45,034 bases of DNA from assembly GCA_039931375.1 (NCBI GenBank), contig JBDTSC010000001.1, positions 1-45,034 of the forward strand. Direction: 5' to 3'. The translations under genes were made by a program, and so were the position numbers. The stretch's first letter is position 1. Each line of letters begins with the position of its first letter. The notes under the pieces are model-generated. The model had not been told where the DNA came from. It did not search any database and was given only the letters and a program-made list of their open reading frames with translations. The stretch comes from Ardenticatenales bacterium (GTDB lineage Bacteria > Chloroflexota > Anaerolineae > Epilineales > Epilineaceae). Of the stretch, positions 1-8,986 are shown in pieces.

Positions 1-441
1 GACCTCGCGCCCGACGAGATCGAGCGCTGGACGGTCTGCGGGCTGCTGCACGACTTCGACTACGAGCGCCACCCGACGCCGGACGAGCACCCGTTCGTGG
101 GCGTGGCGCACCTGCGGGAGCGGGGCGATGTGGATGAGGGCGTCATCGAGGCGATCCTGGGCCACGCCACGTACTCGGGCGTGCCGCGGACGACGCCGCT
201 GGCCAAGGCGCTGTTCGCGTGCGACGAGCTGGCGGGCTTCATCGTGGCCTGCGGGAAGGTGCGGCCGGACGGCCTGGCGTCGTTGGACGCGGGGGGCGTG
301 CGCAAGAAGCTGAAGAACAAGGCGTTCGCGGCGGCCGTGTCACGCGAGGACATCGCGGTCGGTGTCCAGGAGATGGGGGGCGACGAGGAGGCGCACTTCG
401 CGAAGTGCGTCGCGGCGATCAGGGGAGCGGGGCTGGGGTAA
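1..441 (+). CDS. HD/HDIG-domain metal-dependent phosphohydrolase, C-terminal part (5' end lies outside the window)
   Basis: Frame +1 is open from base 1 (DLAPDEIERWTVCGLLHDFDYERHP...) to TAA 439-441. LLHDFD is the His-Asp signature of HD hydrolases. Same frame as track ORF 97..441. Confidence 0.7.
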   Translation, partial: DLAPDEIERWTVCGLLHDFDYERHPTPDEHPFVGVAHLRERGDVDEGVIEAILGHATYSGVPRTTPLAKALFACDELAGFIVACGKVRPDGLASLDAGGVRKKLKNKAFAAAVSREDIAVGVQEMGGDEEAHFAKCVAAIRGAGLG

Positions 442-640
442 GCACGCGATCGGGTACCGATGTCCTAGCGATGCGAGATCCGATGGCCGATGCAAGGTGC
501 GTCGCCAGCGTGTCGCCGCTCTGTCCGCGCGGTGTCGTCGAAGCGTCGCTCGGCGGGTCGCAATCATGGCGCCAGGGTCTTCATTCGTTCGGCAGCAGGT
601 GCTACCCTTCGATCGCTTGCAGGCAAAGGGGGGCCCCCTC

Positions 641-1231
641 ATGACTCGAACAACCGAACCTCAGGATGCCGACGTAGTGCGACCGCCGACGGATCGGCGT
701 CGTTGGACCGAGGCCGAGTACGTGTCGTTCACTGGCGACCGCAATGCGTTCATCGAGCTCGTCGGTCGCAAGCTGGTGATGCACGCCATGCCTACTCCGG
801 CCCACCAATTGATTGTGGTCCGCATTCTGCGCCGACTCCTCGGATCAGATCGTGGCCAAGCGGTCCCGGCCCCCATGCCGATCCGCCTTCTCCCGGGCAC
901 GATCAGAGAGCCGGACATCGGCTTCTATGCCACTGCAAATCTGGATCGGCTGGCCGGCGAGGTCGCCCTGCCGCCCGATCTGGCCATCGAAGTCCTGTCG
1001 CCGGACCGGCGCAGCCTAAAGCGCGATCGTGTGGAAAAGCGCGCCGAGTACGCCCTCGCCGGCATCCCCGAGTACTGGATCGTCGATCCCGACGCGCGCG
1101 ACGTGCTCGTGCTGCGTCTCGACGGCCCCGCGAACGCCTACGCCGAGGCCGGCCGCTTCGCCGGTGACGACGTCGTGACGGCGCTGGCGGCGCCGGACGT
1201 TCCCATCCGTGTCGCCGACATGTTCGCGTAG
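641..1231 (+). CDS. Uma2-family (DUF820) restriction-endonuclease-like protein
   Basis: ATG at 641 inside track ORF 362..1231. Segments MPTPAHQ, EPDIGFY, PPDLAIEVLSP and KRAEYALAGIPEYWIVDP fit the PD-(D/E)xK Uma2 layout. The 93 upstream codons are Arg/Ser-rich junk. Confidence 0.75.
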   Translation: MTRTTEPQDADVVRPPTDRRRWTEAEYVSFTGDRNAFIELVGRKLVMHAMPTPAHQLIVVRILRRLLGSDRGQAVPAPMPIRLLPGTIREPDIGFYATANLDRLAGEVALPPDLAIEVLSPDRRSLKRDRVEKRAEYALAGIPEYWIVDPDARDVLVLRLDGPANAYAEAGRFAGDDVVTALAAPDVPIRVADMFA

Positions 1232-1249
1232 GCGTGGCGCGCCGAGATG

Positions 1250-1277
1250 CGATATCATATTCTCCGCGTTGATATCG
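1250..1277. promoter_or_regulatory. Perfect inverted repeat CGATATCA-N12-TGATATCG, candidate VapB operator overlapping the vapBC promoter
   Basis: 8-nt arms at 1250-1257 and 1270-1277, each containing a GATATC palindrome. It is a locally AT-rich patch in a GC-rich genome, 25-50 nt upstream of the vapB ATG (1302) and its GGAGG RBS. Confidence 0.4.
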
Positions 1278-1301
1278 ATTGCGGTCCAGGGTGGAGGTGC
1301 A

Positions 1302-1535
1302 ATGGTGATTCGGACGGTCATATCGGTCACCGAGGACGACAAGGAGTGGTTGGATCGAACAGCCGCGCGCCGCGGCGTGTCGATGACAGAGGTCGTTCGC
1401 GACGCCATCCGCCGGTTACGCGCCACCTCCGCGATGGATGCGCCTGACCTTGCCGAACTGCTCGAGCGAACGCGTGGCTTGTGGGCAGGCCCGGACGGCT
1501 TGGCCTGGCAGGACCAGATGCGCCATGACTGGTGA
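1302..1535 (+). CDS. vapB: Ribbon-helix-helix (CopG/VapB-type) antitoxin
   Basis: ATG 1302 preceded by GGTGGAGGTG. The N-terminus VIRTVISVTEDDKEWLDRTAARRGVSMTEVVRDAIRRL is a typical RHH beta-strand plus two helices. It overlaps the downstream PIN gene by 11 nt. Confidence 0.75.
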   Translation: MVIRTVISVTEDDKEWLDRTAARRGVSMTEVVRDAIRRLRATSAMDAPDLAELLERTRGLWAGPDGLAWQDQMRHDW

Positions 1536-1929
1536 GGCGGCGATCGCGGGTGAACAGCTGGTGCTGCTCGATTCCGTGATCATCATCGATCACCTCAACG
1601 ACATAGCGTCGGCGACGACGTACCTAACTTCGGTCTCCGACCGCTCGCTCCTGTCGGCGATCACCCGCGCCGAAGTTATGACGGGCGTCGCGCGTCCGAA
1701 TTTCGAGAGGGTGCGACAACTGCTCGACAACTTCCATTGCATCGCGATCGATGTACGGATCGCCGATCTCGCGGCCGAGTTGCGGCGCACCTGGAAGTGG
1801 CGACTGCCCGATGCCCTTCAGGCCGCGGCCGCCATTTCCGTCGGCGGCCAGCTGGCCACCCGCAACACCCGTGACTTCGACCCGTCGATTCATCCCTTTG
1901 TGGTTGTGCCGTACCGCCTCGATTCCTGA
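1525..1929 (+). CDS. vapC: PIN-domain ribonuclease toxin VapC
   Basis: ATG 1525 in track ORF 1438..1929. N-terminal acidic motif LLDSVIIIDHL, central AITRAEV, C-terminal LATRNTRDF. About 134 aa, overlapped with the RHH gene. Confidence 0.8.
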   Translation: MTGEAAIAGEQLVLLDSVIIIDHLNDIASATTYLTSVSDRSLLSAITRAEVMTGVARPNFERVRQLLDNFHCIAIDVRIADLAAELRRTWKWRLPDALQAAAAISVGGQLATRNTRDFDPSIHPFVVVPYRLDS

Positions 1930-1979
1930 AGGCGCTCTGGCACCGGCCTGGCGCCCAAGCGGCGGCGGCTCCAGTCCCC

Positions 1980-3353
1980 TCACCCGCACCCACACTTGAA
2001 CACCACCCCGTTGAACACCGGATGCCACGGCAAATTCGCGTTCCGCAGGTCCAGCCACCGCCGCAGCGGGTTCATCGGCCCGACCGGCTGCCCCACGCGG
2101 CACGGCACGCCCCAGCCCCCGACGCGCGTCGGGTCCGCGAGCGCGGCGTCGATGGCGGCGCGGGGGAGGCGGTTCATCAGGCGGGGGCAGGGCGCGGCGT
2201 CGCCGATGCCGGGCGCAGGCGTCGCCGTGGGCCGCAGGCCCGCGCCGATCGGCGTGGCGGTTGGCCATGGGACGGGCGGCGGGGCGTTCGGGTCGACGCG
2301 CACCGTCGGCAGGGGGAACGTGAACGCGCCGGTGGCGCCGAGGGCGTCGACGAACGTGCCGACGGCGGATGCGTTCGTCGGGTAGGTACCGGCGACATTC
2401 GGCACGCGCAGCGTCAGTTGGAGCTCGGTCGGCATTGTCGGCGCGTTCGCCAGACGCCAGACGACGCTGCGGCCGTCGGTCACCGCGGCGCCGGGGGCGC
2501 TCGCGCTACCGGGAACGAGCAGCATGTCGGCGCCGAGTGTATCGGTGACGACCACCTCGCGCAGCGGTTGGACGATGATCTCGGCGTGGATGCGCCCGAA
2601 CGTCTCCCAAAGGCCGGCCGGGGCGACGTCAAAGTGGTGCGAGGGAGCCGAGGCCACGGCGCGAAAGCACGCGGCATCACACGACGGACCGGCGCAGATC
2701 GTGAAGAGGATGATCTGCTGGCCCTTCGTTTGGCCCGCGGCTGCCATGGCGGGACCGCAGCCGCTGGTGTTGTCGCCATCCGCGACGATGATCATCACTT
2801 CGCGGATCGTGTCCCGGTCCGCGGCGTTCGTCCGGCCCCGATTCATCACACCAAGCCCGGCTTTGATGCCGCAGTCGATGCACGAGCCGCCGCTGGCCCC
2901 GACCCGGTCGACACAGCCCAGCGCCTGGCTGGCCCGGTTCGTGAGCTGGCAGAGCACCTTCGCCGCGGAGTTGAACGAGACCACGCCCACCTCGTTGGCC
3001 GGATTGTCCTTCATGTTCAGCTTGTCGATCAGATCCCGTGCCGCTTTCTTGAGCTGCTCCTCCCCTCCGCTGGCCATCGAGCCGCTACCATCGAGCACGA
3101 GCACGACGTGCAGCGGGCCGACGTAGCCTGGGCAGCCGCGGAACGACACCGTCAGCCGTACATCGACCGTCGCGCCGAGGCCGACGACCGGCGGCCACAG
3201 CTCCTTGGTCGGCCGCGCGACGCATGTGGAGAGCGATCGAGTCGGAGTGGCGGTCGGCGATTGGGCGGCCGCGGGGGCGGGGGCCGCGGCGAGGCTGGTG
3301 GCGGCTAAGAGGAGCGCGGCGACGCCGATCGCGGTGGCCACGGTCGCCGACAT
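1980..3353 (-). CDS. Secreted von Willebrand factor A (VWA) domain protein with C-terminal beta-rich and Cys-containing tail
   Basis: Start taken at MSATVATAIGVAALLLAATSLAAAPAPAAAQ (signal peptide; ATG complement of 3351-3353). MIDAS-type VLVLDGSGSM, later MIIVADGDNTSG. Ends ...VFKCGCG. Confidence 0.8.
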   Translation of the reverse strand: MSATVATAIGVAALLLAATSLAAAPAPAAAQSPTATPTRSLSTCVARPTKELWPPVVGLGATVDVRLTVSFRGCPGYVGPLHVVLVLDGSGSMASGGEEQLKKAARDLIDKLNMKDNPANEVGVVSFNSAAKVLCQLTNRASQALGCVDRVGASGGSCIDCGIKAGLGVMNRGRTNAADRDTIREVMIIVADGDNTSGCGPAMAAAGQTKGQQIILFTICAGPSCDAACFRAVASAPSHHFDVAPAGLWETFGRIHAEIIVQPLREVVVTDTLGADMLLVPGSASAPGAAVTDGRSVVWRLANAPTMPTELQLTLRVPNVAGTYPTNASAVGTFVDALGATGAFTFPLPTVRVDPNAPPPVPWPTATPIGAGLRPTATPAPGIGDAAPCPRLMNRLPRAAIDAALADPTRVGGWGVPCRVGQPVGPMNPLRRWLDLRNANLPWHPVFNGVVFKCGCG

Positions 3354-3594
3354 GGTGAGGACATGGCGTCCTTTGGCAGGGTAGTTCACGGTGTCCGCAT
3401 CCTTCGTGCCCGCGGGAAAACGAGTCGCGCCGGCAGGGGGATGGCGGGAAGGACGAACGGCCGGCGCGACAGGTACAACACGCGAGGATGGCGTTCGCGG
3501 ACCCGCACGGGCTGGAACCGGCCAACGGTCAGGCGATGTCAACCCGGCAGCGTGCAGGCGAGCGGCAACCGCAATTCGTCGTCATACGCGGCCC

Positions 3595-4827
<1,233 letters not shown>

Positions 4828-5024
4828 CGTGGCCTCCTTCGGACGGAACCGGCCGCGCGGTCACGACCAGGGGGGCGACATGATAGATCAGCCGAAGGAA
4901 GGGCGGCGAGTCCCCCGAACGCGCGGGCGACCGAGGACTGGTCGCGCGGGCGACGAAGGTTTGACGGGGTTCGGCCGAACGGCCACCATCCATGCCGCGC
5001 GCCGAACGATGCCGCCCCGGCTCC

Positions 5025-5049
5025 CGACGTCGGCCCTCGACGTCGGCCC
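5025..5049. promoter_or_regulatory. Two copies of CGACGTCGGCCC (each with the 8-bp palindrome CGACGTCG) in the gcdH / SLC13 divergent spacer; candidate operator
   Basis: Copies at 5025-5036 and 5038-5049, 43-67 nt upstream of the transporter ATG (5092). Confidence 0.3.
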
Positions 5050-5091
5050 CCGCTCACCGCCCGCCCCGCCCGCCCCGCCCGGAGCCAGCGC

Positions 5092-6858
5092 ATGCAGATC
5101 GCGATCGTCCTCGGCCTGCTCGCCATCACCATCGCCCTGTTCGCATCCGAGAAGCTGTCGGTCGACGTGATCACGCTGATCATGCTCATCGCCCTCGTGC
5201 TCAGCGGCGTCCTGACGATGGATCAGGCCTTCGCCGGCTTCAGCGACTCGATCCTGGTCATCCTGGCCTCGCTGTTCGTGATCAGCGGCGCCCTCGAGCG
5301 CAGCGGCGTCATGGACGCCCTCGGGGCGCGGCTGCACGCCCTGGCCCGCGGCGGGCCGAACCGGCTGATGTTCACCGTCATGGCCGTGTCCAGCGCCGTC
5401 TCGGCGTTCGCGAACAACACGACGGCGACGGCGGTGTTCCTGCCGCCCGTCCTGGGCGTCGCGCGCAAGATGAACGTCAGCCCCTCCAAGGTCCTGATGC
5501 CGCTCGCCTACGCCTCGATCCTCGGCGGCACGTGCACGCTGATCGGCACGTCGACGAACGTCGCCGTCAGCGGCTACATCGCGCGCGCCGGGCTGCGGCC
5601 GATCGGGCTCTTCGAGCTGACGCCGATCGGCTTGGTCATCGTCGCCGTCGGCATCGCCTACATGCTGTTGATCGGCCGCCACTTGCTGCCGGACCACAAG
5701 CCCGAGACCCTGGCGGAAGGCTATGAGATCCGGGAGTACCTGAGCGAGGTCGTCGCGCCGGTCGGCTCGCCGCTCGTTGGGCAGCGGATCTTCGGCTCGG
5801 ATCTGGCCGCGATGGGCGTGCGCGTCCTCAAGGTCGTGCGCGACGGCCAGACGTTCCTGCCGGACCCGCGGACCGTGATCCGGGCGGATGATGTGTTCTT
5901 CGTGCAGGGTCGATCCGAAGACCTCCTCCGGATCAAGGCGAAGGCCGGCATCGAGATCCGCCCTGAGTCCATGCTGTCCGACCTCGGCGCGCCGGGCGAC
6001 GCGATCCGCGTGGTCGAGATGATCGTCACGTCGCAATCGGACCTGCAGGGCCGCGACCTCGAGGAGGCGAACTTCCGCGAGCGCTACGGGCTCACGGTCC
6101 TGGCGATCTACCGCCGCGGCCACGCCCTGGTCGAACGGCTGTCCCGCATCGTCCTCCAGACCGGCGACCTGCTGCTCGTGCAGGGGCCGGCCGAACGCTT
6201 GACGTACCTGCGCCGCCATCCCGACCTGTGGACGCTCGAGGAACTGGATCCATCGCTCTACGGATCCCCGCGCAAGGGGCTGATGACGGCCGCCGCGTTC
6301 GGCATCGCGCTCGTGCTCGGCTTCGTCGGCTGGGTCCCGCTGCCGATCGGCGTCCTCGCGGCCGGCCTCTTTGCCGTGCTCACGCGCGCCATCACGATGG
6401 ACGAGGCGTACGAGTTCATCGACTGGCGGCTGCTCATTCTGATCGGCGGCATGACCGCGTTCGGGGCGGCGATGGACCAGAGCGGCGCCGCGCGGTTCCT
6501 GGCCGAATGGATCGTGGGCGCCCTCCACATGTGGGGCGATCGGGCCGTCCTGGCCGGGTTCTTCGCGCTGACGTTGATCCTGACGCAGCCGATGTCGAAC
6601 GCCGCCGCCGCGCTGGTCGTGCTGCCGATCGCGATGCAGGCGGCCCACTCGCTCGGCGCGAACGAGCGCACGTTCGCGATCGCGATCATGCTGGGCGCCT
6701 CGGTGTCGTTCGTGACGCCGTTCGAACCCGCGTGCATCCTGGTCTACGGACCGGGCAAGTACCGCTTTCGCGACTTCGTGAAGGTCGGCACGGGCCTGAC
6801 GCTGGTCCTGATGGCCGTCGTGCTCTTCCTGGTCCCGCGGCTCTGGCCGATGCGCTAG
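5092..6858 (+). CDS. SLC13/DASS-family anion (di/tricarboxylate or sulfate) permease with two central TrkA-C (RCK_C) domains
   Basis: ATG 5092 (MQIAIVLGLLAITIALFASEKLS...) inside the artefactual 1155-aa ORF. It has hydrophobic N and C halves, SAFANNTTATAVFLP and TQPMSNAAAALVVLP hairpin motifs, and two soluble repeats (VVAPVGSPLVGQRI..., IVTSQSDLQGRDLEE...). Confidence 0.85.
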   Translation: MQIAIVLGLLAITIALFASEKLSVDVITLIMLIALVLSGVLTMDQAFAGFSDSILVILASLFVISGALERSGVMDALGARLHALARGGPNRLMFTVMAVSSAVSAFANNTTATAVFLPPVLGVARKMNVSPSKVLMPLAYASILGGTCTLIGTSTNVAVSGYIARAGLRPIGLFELTPIGLVIVAVGIAYMLLIGRHLLPDHKPETLAEGYEIREYLSEVVAPVGSPLVGQRIFGSDLAAMGVRVLKVVRDGQTFLPDPRTVIRADDVFFVQGRSEDLLRIKAKAGIEIRPESMLSDLGAPGDAIRVVEMIVTSQSDLQGRDLEEANFRERYGLTVLAIYRRGHALVERLSRIVLQTGDLLLVQGPAERLTYLRRHPDLWTLEELDPSLYGSPRKGLMTAAAFGIALVLGFVGWVPLPIGVLAAGLFAVLTRAITMDEAYEFIDWRLLILIGGMTAFGAAMDQSGAARFLAEWIVGALHMWGDRAVLAGFFALTLILTQPMSNAAAALVVLPIAMQAAHSLGANERTFAIAIMLGASVSFVTPFEPACILVYGPGKYRFRDFVKVGTGLTLVLMAVVLFLVPRLWPMR

Positions 6859-6934
6859 GCTGCTACGAAGCGCGCTGCGACGCGACGACGCGATACAATG
6901 GCCCGCGCCGCACATTCGTGCGCATCCGGGATCC

Positions 6935-7008
<74 letters not shown>

Positions 7009-7018
7009 CAGTTGGCGA

Positions 7019-8209
7019 TCAGGATGACGGCGATGGGACCGCCGTCGCTCTGCCCGTCGCCGTCGCCGTCGCCGTCGGCTCGGGCGTCGGCGTGATGAGC
7101 GGGTCGGGCTGCATGGCCAGGAACGCCTGGCGGACCAGCTCCCACTCCGCCGGCTTGAGACGGACGATCGACGTCATGTTCGCGCCGGACGGCACCGAGT
7201 CCAGGTACACGACGCGCTCGTCGACCGGCATCCGGTAGACGTCCCCGTCGCCGACCCGCAGCGCGATTCGTGCCAGCGACGCGATCTCGCGCGCGTTCAA
7301 GTCCGTCGTCACCGTCGCATTGAGCGCTGTGATCAGCTTGGGTAGGTCGAACAGCACGCCCGGCCGCATCGCGGCCTTCTTGATCGCGATCAGGACCTGC
7401 ATCTGGCGCTTGGATCGATCGAGGTCGCTCGTGGAGTAGCGCGAGCGCGCGTACTGCAAGGCGTGCTCGCCGTCCAACTTGTTCGGCCCCGGCGGGAAGT
7501 CGATCGTCATGTGCCGGCAGTCGTTCGTCGGGTAGTCCTCGTCGTGCAGCCCGACGGCCGGGTTGCCCGGCGACGGCGGCACGTCCACCGTGATCGGACC
7601 GACGGCGTCGACGATCGCCTTGAACCCGTCGAAGTCCACGCGGACGTAGCGGTGGATCGGGATCTCGAAGTTGTCCCAGATCGTCTGGATCGCCATACCC
7701 GGCCCGCCGTCCGGTTCGTACCCCTCGAGCTCGCCGTATAAGTGGGCCGTGGTGAGCTTCTGGCTGCCGTGGCCGGGCACGAACACCCACAGGTCGCGCG
7801 GCAGGTTCATCATCGTCACCTTGGCCGTGCTCGGGTCCACGCGCACGAGGATCATCGTGTCCGTGCGGTTCGCGTTCGACTTCGGGTCCGCGCCCTCGCA
7901 GATGTCGCGGTCCATCCCGAGCAGCAGGATGTTGACCGGGCCGTGGTTATCCCACACGCCCCGGCCGTTCGCGGCCTCGTCGGGCGGCGGTGCGCCGCCG
8001 GGCGCCACGGACGCCGGCGTGGAAACAGGCCGCGGCCCAGGCCCGGTACGGTCGTTCCACGTCAGCGCAGCGAAGGACACCATCGCCCCGAGCGTCAGCA
8101 GCTCGGCGCCGAGGAGCAGGACGACGAGCGCGAAGAGCGCTCGCAGCAGCCAACTCGAGCGCCGGGGGGGTGGCGCCGGAATCGTGGGCAACGGTCGGGT
8201 GGTGGCCAT
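7019..8209 (-). CDS. LytR-CpsA-Psr (LCP) family cell-envelope glycopolymer transferase
   Basis: N-terminal TM (WLLRALFALVVLLLGAELLTLGAMV), then NILLLGMDR...RTDTMILVRVDP...MNLPRDLWV...HRYVRVDFDGFKAIVDAVGPITVDV, the typical LCP core. The start could instead be the ATG at 8311 (34 extra codons). Confidence 0.8.
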   Translation of the reverse strand: MATTRPLPTIPAPPPRRSSWLLRALFALVVLLLGAELLTLGAMVSFAALTWNDRTGPGPRPVSTPASVAPGGAPPPDEAANGRGVWDNHGPVNILLLGMDRDICEGADPKSNANRTDTMILVRVDPSTAKVTMMNLPRDLWVFVPGHGSQKLTTAHLYGELEGYEPDGGPGMAIQTIWDNFEIPIHRYVRVDFDGFKAIVDAVGPITVDVPPSPGNPAVGLHDEDYPTNDCRHMTIDFPPGPNKLDGEHALQYARSRYSTSDLDRSKRQMQVLIAIKKAAMRPGVLFDLPKLITALNATVTTDLNAREIASLARIALRVGDGDVYRMPVDERVVYLDSVPSGANMTSIVRLKPAEWELVRQAFLAMQPDPLITPTPEPTATATATGRATAVPSPSS

Positions 8210-8359
8210 CGGAACCTGGGCATCGCGCGGGCGGTGGCGGGCGGCGGCGGGCGGCGGGTGTCCGGCGGCACATGGGGCGTTGTTGGCCGCGGAGCCGCGC
8301 GAGTATAGCATACGGGTTCGGTCTGTCGGATCGGCGCGCCGTCTTCATGAGGTTCATCC

Positions 8360-8986
8360 ATGCCGCACCAACCCACATCGTCCGCCGCCGACGCGAACGA
8401 CCTTCTCGCCTATCTCGATGGCCAACTCGCCCAGCGCACCGCGGCCTGGTCGGAGGTGCTGGCGACGACCGTCGTGTCGCTGACCGCCCAGTTCGCCCAC
8501 TTCGATTGGACCGGCGTCTATCTGGTCCGCGACGACGAGCTGCACCTCGGGCCGTTCGTCGGCCACCCGACGGAACACGTCGTCATCCCGGTCGGCCAGG
8601 GCATCTGCGGCGCCGCCGCGGCCCAGCGCGCGTCGATCGTCGTCGACGACGTGGCGGCCGATCCGCGTTATCTGGCCTGCTTCGCCTCGACCCGCAGCGA
8701 GATCGTCGTGCCGATCCTCGGCGGCGACGCGGACCGCGTGATCGGCGAGATCGACGTCGACAGCGATCGGCCCACGGCGTTCGGTCCGGGCGATCAAGCC
8801 TACCTCGAACGCGTCGCCGCCCGCCTGGCCAGCCTCGCGCCGCCTGACGGCGACGACGTGACGGTGCCGGCGCTGCGGCTGGCCCGCGCGGAGCGCGCCC
8901 AGGCGGGCGAACGCGTCCCGCATCCGTCACCGGCCGCGGCGCTTCTGCAAGGCAACGGCGAAGCGAGGCCGCACCGTGTTTCTTGA
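8360..8986 (+). CDS. GAF-domain protein (YebR / free-Met-R-sulfoxide-reductase-like)
   Basis: FDWTGVYLVRDDELHLGPFVGHP...GQGICGAAA...VVDDV...YLACFASTRSEIVVPI...IGEIDVDS matches the small single-GAF family. The 3' end overlaps the obg start by 11 nt. Confidence 0.7.
   Translation: MPHQPTSSAADANDLLAYLDGQLAQRTAAWSEVLATTVVSLTAQFAHFDWTGVYLVRDDELHLGPFVGHPTEHVVIPVGQGICGAAAAQRASIVVDDVAADPRYLACFASTRSEIVVPILGGDADRVIGEIDVDSDRPTAFGPGDQAYLERVAARLASLAPPDGDDVTVPALRLARAERAQAGERVPHPSPAAALLQGNGEARPHRVS

Noticed and set aside
362-640. N-terminal extensions offered by the ORF track: 362..640 for Uma2, 1209..1301 for VapB, 1438..1524 for VapC, 15917..17143 for the sigma ORF (extension beyond 16474), 37922..38263 for DUF1361, and 25151..25273 for the ATPase.
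   Set aside because: The extensions are Arg/Ser/Pro-rich and overlap upstream genes or promoters. They also precede better starts with RBS, signal peptides or start/stop coupling.
3354-3594. A perfect TTGACA hexamer (minus strand) in the gcdH/VWA spacer as a promoter.
   Set aside because: No acceptable -10 element lies 16-18 nt downstream, so the promoter is not supportable from sequence alone.
4888-6915. 675-aa minus-strand ORF covering the SLC13 gene.
   Set aside because: It has an Arg/Asp/Gly/His-rich nonsense composition. The opposite strand encodes a clear polytopic permease.
8210-8311. A longer LCP gene starting at the ATG at 8311.
   Set aside because: It is possible, but it lacks any RBS. 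It would also overlap the TATAGC box that may serve the divergent GAF-obg operon. I kept the ATG at 8209 and noted the alternative.
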